From: Candidatus Cloacimonadales bacterium
GTDB taxonomy: Bacteria > Cloacimonadota > Cloacimonadia > Cloacimonadales > JAFGVF01
Length of the DNA stretch: 64,000 nt
Direction: 5' to 3'
NCBI GenBank assembly: GCA_963667035.1
Contig: OY762964.1
Span: forward strand, 1,312,001-1,376,000
Shown here: positions 1 through 8,745 of the stretch, in pieces
How positions within the stretch are numbered: the stretch's first letter is position 1
Layout of the letters: every line of letters starts with the position of its first letter
Notes under the pieces: model-generated
Told to the model about the DNA's origin: nothing
The model's input: the letters and a program-made list of their open reading frames with translations, nothing else
The model's database searches: none
Position numbers and translations under genes: made by a program

Positions 1-1388
1 AACTTATCTGTCCAATATCCTTTATCATACCATTGAGCATTAAGCTCATCAACCGTCTTGCCTTGTTGCTCAACCCAGGTAAAGTATTTGAGATTATGCA
101 TACGTTTTTTATCATAGTATGTTAGTTCTATCTGGGAATCAATACCAATATGTAAGAAACGACCTTCAAAATCAATCGCTGCTCTTTCTCGATTATATTG
201 TCCTTCTTTCTCTCTATACTCAAGCACTCTTGATTGATACATTTCCATAGAATCGGTTGCAACAGTAAACAATACATCATCCTCTGTCATTTCATAGTAC
301 TTTGCCATTTTAATAGTACCTATAATATTAGCAATTGATGAGATACCTAGTAGCTCTAATTTATTTATCAGTTCTCTACTGATTCCTTTCTCCATCATAT
401 ACTCATGACCTGCAGGCTCGTTAAACAATCGCATTGTTGCAATCACTAAATCATCATCAATTCCGGCTGCCATATCCATAGTTTTTATGTTGTGAACCCA
501 AGGTACATGCTTATCTCCAATACCCTCGATTCGATGCCCACCATAACCATTATATAGTAATGTAGGACATTGTAAAGCTTCCCCAACCGATAACTTCATA
601 TTCGGATATATCTCTTTAAGATATTCGGCACAACCTAATGTTCCGGCAGAACCTTGAGTCAGGAATATACCTGCAAATCTATCTCCATCTTTCTTCTCGG
701 CGTTAAAGACTTCTTCCATAGCAGGACCTGTTACGGCATAATGCCAAATAGGATTACCGAATTGCTCAAACTGGTTCATGTTAACAATTGTGTCACCCCT
801 CTCATGCAGAAGTTCCTTAGCTTTATCGTAAATCTCTTTAACATTACTTTCACAACCAGGAGTTGCGAATACTTCCGCACCTATCTCTTTAAGCCAATTA
901 AATCTTTCCTGACTCATCTCTTCCGGCAATATAGCAATTGCATGGCAATCCAACAAAGCAGAATTATAAGCACCACCTCTACAGTAGTTACCTGTTGATG
1001 GCCACAAAGCTTTCTGAGTAGTAGGATCAAAAGTACCTGTTACAAGTTTTTCAACTAAAGGACCAAATGTTGCACCTACTTTATGGGCTCCTGTGGGAAA
1101 GAACTTCCCCACAAGAACATATATAGGAGAGGGAATCCCTGTTAATTCGGAGGGGAGCTTGATATAATTCACATCTCCGAATCCTCCGCCATTTTTAACG
1201 GGTTCATTCTTCCAAGTAATTCTGAAAAGGTTAAGGGGATTCAAATCCCATAATCCAACATCTTTGAGCTTATGCTTTATCCGTTCCGGTATTAAATCAG
1301 GATTCTTCATCTGATTGTAGGTTGGAATAATAATATTTTTCTCACGACATCTTCTAATAGTATTGCTCAGAATTTCATTCTTATTCAT
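1..1388 (-). CDS. PLP-dependent enzyme, fold-type II (cysteine synthase/threonine synthase superfamily); runs off the left edge
   Basis: Not in the ORF track because it is truncated. ATG at 1388 with a GGGGGAG RBS. Translation MNKNEILSNTIRRCREKNIIIPT...FPTGAHKVGA (PLP lysine)...WPSTGNYCRGG...GSAGTLG. Confidence 0.8.
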   Translation of the reverse strand, partial: MNKNEILSNTIRRCREKNIIIPTYNQMKNPDLIPERIKHKLKDVGLWDLNPLNLFRITWKNEPVKNGGGFGDVNYIKLPSELTGIPSPIYVLVGKFFPTGAHKVGATFGPLVEKLVTGTFDPTTQKALWPSTGNYCRGGAYNSALLDCHAIAILPEEMSQERFNWLKEIGAEVFATPGCESNVKEIYDKAKELLHERGDTIVNMNQFEQFGNPIWHYAVTGPAMEEVFNAEKKDGDRFAGIFLTQGSAGTLGCAEYLKEIYPNMKLSVGEALQCPTLLYNGYGGHRIEGIGDKHVPWVHNIKTMDMAAGIDDDLVIATMRLFNEPAGHEYMMEKGISRELINKLELLGISSIANIIGTIKMAKYYEMTEDDVLFTVATDSMEMYQSRVLEYREKEGQYNRERAAIDFEGRFLHIGIDSQIELTYYDKKRMHNLKYFTWVEQQGKTVDELNAQWYDKGYWTDK

Positions 1389-1398
1389 CTCTCCCCCT

Positions 1399-2583
1399 TT
1401 AAAATCTTTCTATATTTCTTTCTAACACTTCGGTAAGCTTGAGTTTTGGATTTCTGAATCTGGTCAGGAATATCATTGCCGCAATCACAAATGGCTTATA
1501 TCCCGCTTCTTTATATGTTTCTTTTCTATATCTTTCAAACACGGATTTGGAGACTTCTCCCCTCTCACAGCTTACATCCGATATGTCGGCTGGTAAGCAA
1601 TGCATGTATAAAGCACTACCGTTATTTGTAAGTTTCATCATCTCATCATTACATTCCCAATTCATATAATTGGCATTATTTTTTAAACATGCTTGTTCAA
1701 GGGCTTTCAATCCTTCCATATCGCTATTCTTTAAGAGCTCTGTTCTCTGTTGCATCACTGCATAAGGAGCCCACGATTTAGGATAAACTATATCTGCATC
1801 CTTAAATGCCTCTTCCATTGAACTAGCGACTTTGAAACTACCACCATATTGTATTGCCTGTTGCCCTGCCATTTTCACTACATCCGGTATCAAGCCATAT
1901 CCTTCCGGATGTGCCAAGGTTACATCCATACCCATTCTTGTCATGAGACCTATTATCCCCTGAGGCACGCTTAAAGGTTTCCCATAACTAGGTGAATATG
2001 CCCAAGTCATAGCTATTTTCTTGCCTTTTAAGTTCTCAACTCCTCCGAAATAATCTCTAAGCATAGCTAAATCAGCCATAGATTGAGTAGGATGATCAAT
2101 ATCACATTGCAGATTAATAAGTGAAGGTCTCTGATGTAGTGTTCCTTCATTGAATCCAAGATTAAGAGCTTCTGCAACTTCTCTCATATATCTGTTACCT
2201 TCACCAAGATACATATCGTCTCTAATACCTATAGCCTCAGCTAAGAATGATATCATGTTTGCTGTCTCTCTAACTGTCTCACCATGGGCAATCTGTGATT
2301 TCTGCTCATCCAGATCACTTACTGCCAAACCTAAAGCATTAGCTGCTGAGGCATAGCTAAATCTAGTTCTTGTTGAATTATCCCTAAACACTGATATTGC
2401 AAGCCCTTCGGAAAAAGCTCGAAATGAACGTCCCATTTTATGTAACTCCGAGAATATCTCTGTTAATAATTGAGTTGCTTCTATCTGATTATCGGTTTTC
2501 TCCCAAGTAAGAAGAAAATCATTACCGTAATCTCCAATATTTAGTCCTAGAAATCTCTCAATCTTATCTTCCAAGTGTTTCAT
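1399..2583 (-). CDS. ygeW: Knotted carbamoyltransferase YgeW
   Basis: FRDNSTRTR carbamoyl-phosphate motif, NLQCDIDHPTQ, WAYSPSYGKPLSVPQG, MHCLPAD. Confidence 0.9.
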   Translation of the reverse strand: MKHLEDKIERFLGLNIGDYGNDFLLTWEKTDNQIEATQLLTEIFSELHKMGRSFRAFSEGLAISVFRDNSTRTRFSYASAANALGLAVSDLDEQKSQIAHGETVRETANMISFLAEAIGIRDDMYLGEGNRYMREVAEALNLGFNEGTLHQRPSLINLQCDIDHPTQSMADLAMLRDYFGGVENLKGKKIAMTWAYSPSYGKPLSVPQGIIGLMTRMGMDVTLAHPEGYGLIPDVVKMAGQQAIQYGGSFKVASSMEEAFKDADIVYPKSWAPYAVMQQRTELLKNSDMEGLKALEQACLKNNANYMNWECNDEMMKLTNNGSALYMHCLPADISDVSCERGEVSKSVFERYRKETYKEAGYKPFVIAAMIFLTRFRNPKLKLTEVLERNIERF

Positions 2584-3059
2584 TTATTTACCTTCTTATT
2601 CATAATATCCTTAGCATACAATACTGCATCAATAATCTGTTTGTAACCTGTACATCTACACAGATTTCCTTTTAAAGCCTGTTTTATCTCATCAATAGTC
2701 GGATTAGGGTTACTCACTAACAGAGCATAAGTTGAAAGTACCATTCCTGGAGTACAAAAACCACATTGGATAGCCCCGCAATCTACAAAAGCTTGCTGTA
2801 TTGGATGTAGATTGCCGGATTCACCTTTAAGCCCTTCTATTGTCATTACTTTATGACCGATTATGTCTTTTACTTTTTTTAAACAGGAACGAACTGCAAC
2901 ATCATCTACAATTATTGTACAAGCACCGCAGACACCTATCTCGCATCCATTCTTAGCTCCTGTTAAATTCAATTCCTCTCTTAAATAATCCAGAAGTTTC
3001 AGTTCGTAAAACGTCTTATCTATCTCTATAACATTACCATTAATATATGTCTTACTCAT
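2580..3059 (-). CDS. Xanthine dehydrogenase-family (2Fe-2S) small subunit
   Basis: GCEIGVCGACT and QCGFCTPG...NLCRCTGY iron-sulfur motifs. Confidence 0.92.
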   Translation of the reverse strand: MSKTYINGNVIEIDKTFYELKLLDYLREELNLTGAKNGCEIGVCGACTIIVDDVAVRSCLKKVKDIIGHKVMTIEGLKGESGNLHPIQQAFVDCGAIQCGFCTPGMVLSTYALLVSNPNPTIDEIKQALKGNLCRCTGYKQIIDAVLYAKDIMNKKVNK

Positions 3060-5295
3060 ACCTTTTTCCCCTCATAGCTTTCTCAAGCGGATAACTATAG
3101 AATCTCTGACCTGTAGCTCTGTAAACTGCATTAGCTATTGCAGGAGCAATCAGTTCCAAAGCCGGTTCTCCTATTCCCTTAGCACCTGAAGGCGTATTCT
3201 GGTCTTCGCATTCTATAATAGAAGCGTTAATCTCAGGAACTTCCGTTATTCTCGGTATTCTGTATTTATGCAGATTCAGATTAGCAATTCTGCCATCTTG
3301 TACGTTCAAGTCTTCCATTATAGCCATACCGGCACCTTGTGTTAAACCTCCATAGATTTGACCAAGTAAATAGGGTTCATTTATCTTCTTACCAATATCA
3401 TGAACCGCATAGGACTTAAGAAGCTTTATCTTGCCTGTTTTCTTATCAACTTCCACTTCGGCAACATTCGCACTATAAACCCAAGTGAAATACGCTTTAC
3501 CTTTACCTGTCTCTTCATCCCAATCTACTTTTGGTGCGGCAAATGTCCCGAAAGCATAAGGATAGATACTCTTCTTATTCATCATTGAAACAACTTCATC
3601 CCAACTAAATGACACATCCCTACCCCAAATCCTATCGTCTCTAAACTGTACTTCATCTACTTTACATAATAGTTCTTTCTTCAAAGCTTTAGCTACTATC
3701 TTTTTAAGTACTTTCACAGCATTAACAACAGCCCCTCCACCCATTAAAGTACCTCTTGAGGCAACTGTAGTTCCCCCGTCCGGTATATGAGAGGTGGAAG
3801 CTCTGTTATATCTGATTCTGTTCCTATTCACACCCAAATGCTCAGCCAGAATCATTATCATTGCACTTTCCGCTCCTTGACCATTTTCATGTACTCCTGT
3901 CTCCAGTAAAATAGTACCGTCAAATTGGGCATTGATAATCGCAGAGCAGAAATCCATTCCTTCTGCTCCCAGACTACAACCACGGTAGGATAAAGATAAA
4001 CCTATTCCATATTGCTTATCACCCTCTCCCCAACTGCATTGTTTAAGCTTCTTGATATATTCTGATTCTTTAATAATTCTATCCAAAGCAACACCCGCAT
4101 TAACAACATGGTTATCCATTCTTTGTTCGGTAATGGTCTTACAACCTTGAGTTAACAAATTGAGTCTTCTAAACTCTATCTCGGTAATACCAAGTTTCTC
4201 GGCACATTCCTCTACCAGTTGCTCAATTGCAAAGTTCACTTGGGGCGAGCCAAAACCACGAAACGCTCCTGTTGCAGGATTATTAGTATGTACTCCATAT
4301 ATATCAGCTTTAACATTAGGAACCTGATATGCTCCGCAACATTGGACAGTAGACCTCCATGTCACCCACGGAGTAACCGAGGTAAACGCTCCTCCGTCTG
4401 CTATCATACTACACTCAACAGCATGGAACTTATTATCTTTCAATCCTATCTTGTATTTCATCGTATAGGGATGTCTTTTATAGCTTTCCCGCATTGACCA
4501 TTCACGGGAGTAGGTCATTTTAACGGGAGCATTACATAGTATCGAAGCTAAAGCCGCTCTGGCGCAGACAAATCCTGCCGTATCGTCTTTTCCTCCGAAA
4601 CCTCCACCCATTGGCACACTTATCACTTCAACTTCGGATAGTTGCACTCCCAGTGTCTCCGCTATAAATCTTCTCGCAGAGAAAGGATGTTGCATACTAC
4701 CTCGAACTTCCATAACTCCATCATCTCTTTGATAGCACAAAGCTGTTTCCGGTTCCATATAAGCATGCTCTACGTATCCCGTCTCAAATTCACGTTCAAT
4801 TATCAAGTCTGATTCATCAAAAGCTCTCTCCGGATTTCCTCTTCTAATTACATGCTTGTTGATAAGATTGCTACCCTTGTTTTCATGAACTAGATTTGTG
4901 TCATCTTCAAGAGCTAGAATAGGATTCGTAATTTCCGGTAGTTGCTTAACTTGGATTTTAACAAATGGAATTGCATCAATAGCCTGTTTTCTTGTTTGGG
5001 CAACAATAATGGCTACTACATCTCCATAGAATCTTATCTTATCTGAAGCAAGTAGATAAGCGTCCTTGTAAATCTGCCCCAATGGATTTGCACCGGGTAT
5101 ATCCTTAGCAGTAATTACTTTTACTATCCCTTCTTGTTTCATAGCTTCGGAATAGTCTATATCAATAATCCTTGCATGTATATACTCGGTATAAACCGGG
5201 ACAGCATGCAACATACCATTCATTTTAATATCATCGGTATATTTTGCCTTACCGGTAACTTTTGCATACGCATCGTTTCTATAAGCTTTCTTCAT
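3052..5295 (-). CDS. Xanthine dehydrogenase-family molybdopterin-binding subunit
   Basis: AKVTGKAKY, GGGFGGK, GAFRGFG, GQIYGG, KGIGEP motifs. The ATG at 5295 (GTGGGG RBS) is preferred over the 5307 start. Confidence 0.92.
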   Translation of the reverse strand: MKKAYRNDAYAKVTGKAKYTDDIKMNGMLHAVPVYTEYIHARIIDIDYSEAMKQEGIVKVITAKDIPGANPLGQIYKDAYLLASDKIRFYGDVVAIIVAQTRKQAIDAIPFVKIQVKQLPEITNPILALEDDTNLVHENKGSNLINKHVIRRGNPERAFDESDLIIEREFETGYVEHAYMEPETALCYQRDDGVMEVRGSMQHPFSARRFIAETLGVQLSEVEVISVPMGGGFGGKDDTAGFVCARAALASILCNAPVKMTYSREWSMRESYKRHPYTMKYKIGLKDNKFHAVECSMIADGGAFTSVTPWVTWRSTVQCCGAYQVPNVKADIYGVHTNNPATGAFRGFGSPQVNFAIEQLVEECAEKLGITEIEFRRLNLLTQGCKTITEQRMDNHVVNAGVALDRIIKESEYIKKLKQCSWGEGDKQYGIGLSLSYRGCSLGAEGMDFCSAIINAQFDGTILLETGVHENGQGAESAMIMILAEHLGVNRNRIRYNRASTSHIPDGGTTVASRGTLMGGGAVVNAVKVLKKIVAKALKKELLCKVDEVQFRDDRIWGRDVSFSWDEVVSMMNKKSIYPYAFGTFAAPKVDWDEETGKGKAYFTWVYSANVAEVEVDKKTGKIKLLKSYAVHDIGKKINEPYLLGQIYGGLTQGAGMAIMEDLNVQDGRIANLNLHKYRIPRITEVPEINASIIECEDQNTPSGAKGIGEPALELIAPAIANAVYRATGQRFYSYPLEKAMRGKRYE

Positions 5296-5499
5296 TTGTC
5301 CCCACATTCAGTTCAAATGATTTTACATCAATATTATGTTATCAATTTTCTTACCTGCTTTTACAGGTGCAACTTGCCATATTGATAACCTATTTTTTGA
5401 AGTCAATCTTTTTTCATGAATTTGAGTTTGTATCACTTCTATAGTTGTTTTCTTTTGTAGTAGAACACACCGGTTTCGCAAGCTTCTGGCTCCTATCTC

Positions 5500-5561
5500 A
5501 CCGGGTACGCGAGCTTCCAGCTCGCATTAAGAAGTGCCGTTAAAATGCCGGCGAACCCGGT
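5500..5561. repeat. REP-like inverted doublet (REPIN-like)
   Basis: ACCGGGTACGCGAGCTTCCAGCTCGC ... GCCGTTAAAATGCCGGCGAACCCGGT, with terminal IR ACCGGGT.CGC/GCG.ACCCGGT and an internal hairpin. A degenerate copy of the left arm lies at 5468-5495. Confidence 0.65.
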
Positions 5562-5562
5562 T

Positions 5563-5703
5563 TGTAGTGCAAGTGCTCACTTGCACATAGCTCAAAGAGC
5601 TATAACTCTACCGATCATCTTCGAGTAAGGTTTGATTGCCGAATTTACGTCAGTGGAACTTGCCGACTTCGTCGTCACAGCAACTCAGGGGAGTTGCAGT
5701 ACA
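5563..5703. repeat. Second REP-like element with GTAG/GTAC-hairpin ends
   Basis: TGTAGTGCAAGTGCTCACTTGCAC ... GCAACTCAGGGGAGTTGCAGTACA. The ends are inverted (TGTAGTGCAA / TTGCAGTACA). Partial copies at 5705-5717 and 6326-6347. Confidence 0.6.
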
Positions 5704-5761
5704 TTGCGGTGCAAGTGTCTTCGTTTTGACCCACTATTTTCATCGTTCTATCATCCTTTAG

Positions 5762-5897
5762 GGCGACTTCTAAAGACATAGGAATTTTTATGGTGAAAGT
5801 TATCCACACGATGTGGACAACTTTGGCGTTCGCCAAGGAGGGTCCAAAGAGGCTCCTTGGTGGATCCAATCCGGTTCCATTGTCTTTAACAGTCGCC
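5762..5897. mobile_element. MITE-like element
   Basis: 23-bp TIRs GGCGACTTCTAAAGACATAGGAA vs reverse complement GGCGACTGTTAAAGACAATGGAA (19/23 identical). TAG flanks both sides (5759-5761, 5898-5900). Internal hairpins, no transposase. Confidence 0.7.
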
Positions 5898-6076
5898 TAG
5901 AATGGGCGTAGAAGGTTCATGACATGCTCATTTTGCTGGCGAGTCACCCTTAAAAGTATCCACCCTAGGGAGGTCAAAGTTTTACCAAGAAAAATACTAC
6001 GTAAACAACATGATATAATATCATCAATAGAGACGAGTGTCTATATTGGCTATATACTTGATGATGTCTCTAAAAA

Positions 6077-6289
6077 TTATTTAATCAGTACTACCTTTCT
6101 TGTTGCGGTATAAGCTCCTGATTTCAATTTACAGAAATAGATTCCACTAGATAGTCGATGTCCTTTTGAATCTGTTCCATTCCAAACTATCGAAGAATTA
6201 CAATTATTATCAGTATCATTCATAATAGTTCTAATCAAGCGACCTTTTAAATCGTAAATCTCAATAGTAAACTGAGAATTCTTAGTGAT
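6077..6289 (-). pseudogene. Orphan FlgD-Ig/T9SS-type C-terminal domain fragment
   Basis: Frame reads ITKNSQFTIEIYDLKGRLIRTIM...IVWNGTDSKGHRLSSGIYFCKLKSGAYTATRKVVLIK*. An in-frame TAA lies immediately upstream (6290-6292). Confidence 0.75.
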
Positions 6290-6469
6290 TTATCCTAAAT
6301 TCATCGAAAGCTTCGATCAGACAAGACTCAGGGAATTGCAGTACATTTTTGGACAGCATCCGTCTATGTCTATACTGAAATTATACAGACGGTTAATTTG
6401 TATGCTTCTTAAAATGCATTGGCATAGATAATGTACTCACTAAAATAATCCTATTTTATGTTATGGAGA

Positions 6470-8242
6470 CTAATTATTAGCATTCAATAATCTTTCAAAC
6501 TGTGTGTTTTTCTTTTCATACCAATCAAGTAATGATTCTAGCCAAACATATTTAGATTTCACTTTATTATTGGAAATAAGCTTAGATGATTTTGCTTTTA
6601 CTGTTTCTCTTACATCACTTATAGATTTATTAGTAACCTGTTCCATATCACTAGGAAACAATGATTGTAATTTGTTGAAGCATAGATTTACTATTTTATA
6701 AAGATCAGACCCTAATTCTTTAGGAAAATCATTAGCAAGATTAGTTAATATTGAATGAATATTCTTAGTATAATCGAAATTAGTAAGAAAATTTACGAAT
6801 ATCTTATCTGGCTCACATTTCTCAAATATCAGCAACTCTTTCATATTACTAATGTCAGTACCATGTTTTTTTAGACTTAACATTTTTTCTACAATGCTGG
6901 GATCAATTTGTATCAATGGGTTTTTAGCACTTTTCGATTCTAATTCATATGCTTTAATCAATCCTTGTGAGAATATCATTTTGTCATCAGAGTAATATGA
7001 ACCTAAAGAAACTCCACCCCTCACTAAAAATCCATTTAATAACATAAGAAACTGATATGAAGCTAAAACTAGAAGCATTGAATGTAGTTCTGATAAAAAG
7101 TCATGAGAATTATCAAAAATCGGTATTGATATACATAAGCAATCAGAAAACATTTTGTAATCAATGACTTTGGAGTGTAATGGATTGATTGATGTGTTTT
7201 GTTTAAGTACATCTATAGCCATAGTAAGTGCATTATGAAGATTTAGTAAAGAATTTGATTTTGCATTGTTCTCGAACTCTTCAACAATACTTTTGAACCC
7301 TAAGATATCGATAAAGGCAACTATCGATAGTTCAGTTTCTTTGATATTTCCTCGTTGGTAAAGTTTAGGATTATTAATAACATGTATGTATAGTCCTTTT
7401 TTATAAGGAGTTCCATCTGGCTTGTACTCATCTACTCTAATATAGCACTTCTTAAGGACATTATCAATCATTTGCTTAAACTTTTTTAGATCAAAGGTTA
7501 TAATTTCACTTTCAATTTCAAGATGAATAGCATTGTAGATCTCACAAAGAACCGACTCGTACTCTCCCCAACTACTAATATGCGCTTCATTAATCTTTGC
7601 AAGAATGAACTGAGTTACTAAAAAGTCTATCTCATTAACAATGCTAATCCATAGTTTTAGTTCATTGTTGTCACTTTGATACATATAATGACTATTCCTA
7701 ACTTTTTTTAAGAACTCATCATAAATCGAGCCAGGATCTGTGCTTCTTGAGTATCCATTCTCTTTTAGCCAATTGCATGATAAAACTGCAATAAACCAAT
7801 CATTACAAAGATACTTTATTACATCATCAAATGTTGAGTCCATATAGATTATAAAATGATTGTGAAGTTCACTAGGAAGATTAAATTTATAATAGACAGA
7901 AATCAATTGATAAACTATCATAAATTTGAAATCAATGTCATTCAACAAGTTAACATCAAGTATTAGGATATGTTCAGGATTGCTCATATCCCTATTAAAT
8001 AGGATTTTAGCGGCTCCAACATAGCTTCTCGCAGATACTGTATGCATTTCAGGTCCTAATTCTTTACTCTTCTTAACAATCATATCCTCATATTGGTCAG
8101 TTAGCCAAATCTGTGTTATCGATGGATGAAGAAATCCTTTTACACTAATATCGTTTATAACACTCTCAATATACTCTTTTATTTCTTCTTTAACATTTAG
8201 CAAGAAGCTAAGTTTACTGCTAATGTTTAAGCATAATTCCAT
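6470..8242 (-). CDS. Hypothetical protein with a C-terminal class III nucleotidyl-cyclase-like domain
   Basis: AFIDILGFK, FSDC, RGGVSLG, GLIKAYELESK match the cyclase motif order. GAGGTG RBS. Very AT-rich. Confidence 0.6.
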   Translation of the reverse strand: MELCLNISSKLSFLLNVKEEIKEYIESVINDISVKGFLHPSITQIWLTDQYEDMIVKKSKELGPEMHTVSARSYVGAAKILFNRDMSNPEHILILDVNLLNDIDFKFMIVYQLISVYYKFNLPSELHNHFIIYMDSTFDDVIKYLCNDWFIAVLSCNWLKENGYSRSTDPGSIYDEFLKKVRNSHYMYQSDNNELKLWISIVNEIDFLVTQFILAKINEAHISSWGEYESVLCEIYNAIHLEIESEIITFDLKKFKQMIDNVLKKCYIRVDEYKPDGTPYKKGLYIHVINNPKLYQRGNIKETELSIVAFIDILGFKSIVEEFENNAKSNSLLNLHNALTMAIDVLKQNTSINPLHSKVIDYKMFSDCLCISIPIFDNSHDFLSELHSMLLVLASYQFLMLLNGFLVRGGVSLGSYYSDDKMIFSQGLIKAYELESKSAKNPLIQIDPSIVEKMLSLKKHGTDISNMKELLIFEKCEPDKIFVNFLTNFDYTKNIHSILTNLANDFPKELGSDLYKIVNLCFNKLQSLFPSDMEQVTNKSISDVRETVKAKSSKLISNNKVKSKYVWLESLLDWYEKKNTQFERLLNANN

Positions 8243-8396
8243 ATATACACCTCGTCAGTTTATTTATCAATTTCATCTTCATAGACATTTTCCAAGGATT
8301 GCTTATGCTTCTCTACATTCAACTTGATGAAATCATTACTAAATCATATTTGAAAAGTCAATATAAAACTTAAAGTAATATGTGAATCAATCCACA

Positions 8397-8577
8397 TTTT
8401 CCGATAAATTACACACCCTTCCCATGACCAATAGACAGTTAATTTTCACATATTTCCTACTTAACACTTACTTAACACTCTCTTGAGTGGTGAGAATTAT
8501 GTGAGTTATATGTGAATTATTAATGTTGATGAAGTGATTATTGGTCATGAATAAAGAATGAAAGACTGATCGGAAAA
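8397..8577. repeat. Long imperfect palindrome
   Basis: Nested inverted blocks TTTTCCGAT/ATCGGAAAA, CATGACCAATA/TATTGGTCATG, TTCACATAT/ATATGTGAA, CACTC/GAGTG. Confidence 0.65.
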
Positions 8578-8745
8578 AATCAGGTGCTAGTATAGAGTTT
8601 ACCACTACAAGATAAGTAATAAGCCTGAATAAAATTATCCTTATAAACAAAAACAGGTAAGAAGACAAAATAAGGTTAAGATTGCTTGACTTTTTTTTTT
8701 AACTCTCGAAAGTAGGAATGACAATATTAATCGTAGGAGTTTATA

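Noticed and set aside
1..5295. Selenocysteine readthrough in the purine operon
   Set aside because: The ORFs are full length with no in-frame TGA needing recoding.
5300..5460. Purine or Moco riboswitch upstream of the xdh-like operon
   Set aside because: The conserved cores (e.g. TATAAT...TTTCTACC...CCGTAAA) were not found on the minus strand.
5675..6113. Two 64-aa ORFs (5675-5869, 5919-6113)
   Set aside because: They overlap the MITE/REP elements and the opposite-strand CTD fragment, and show no protein-like motifs.
6350..6470. Integron attC site after the cyclase-like gene
   Set aside because: A CCATAAC follows the stop codon, but there is no matching GTTRRRY box and no integrase in the window.
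8468..8668. 66-aa ORF
   Set aside because: It overlaps the long palindrome and promoter region, is low complexity and has no RBS.
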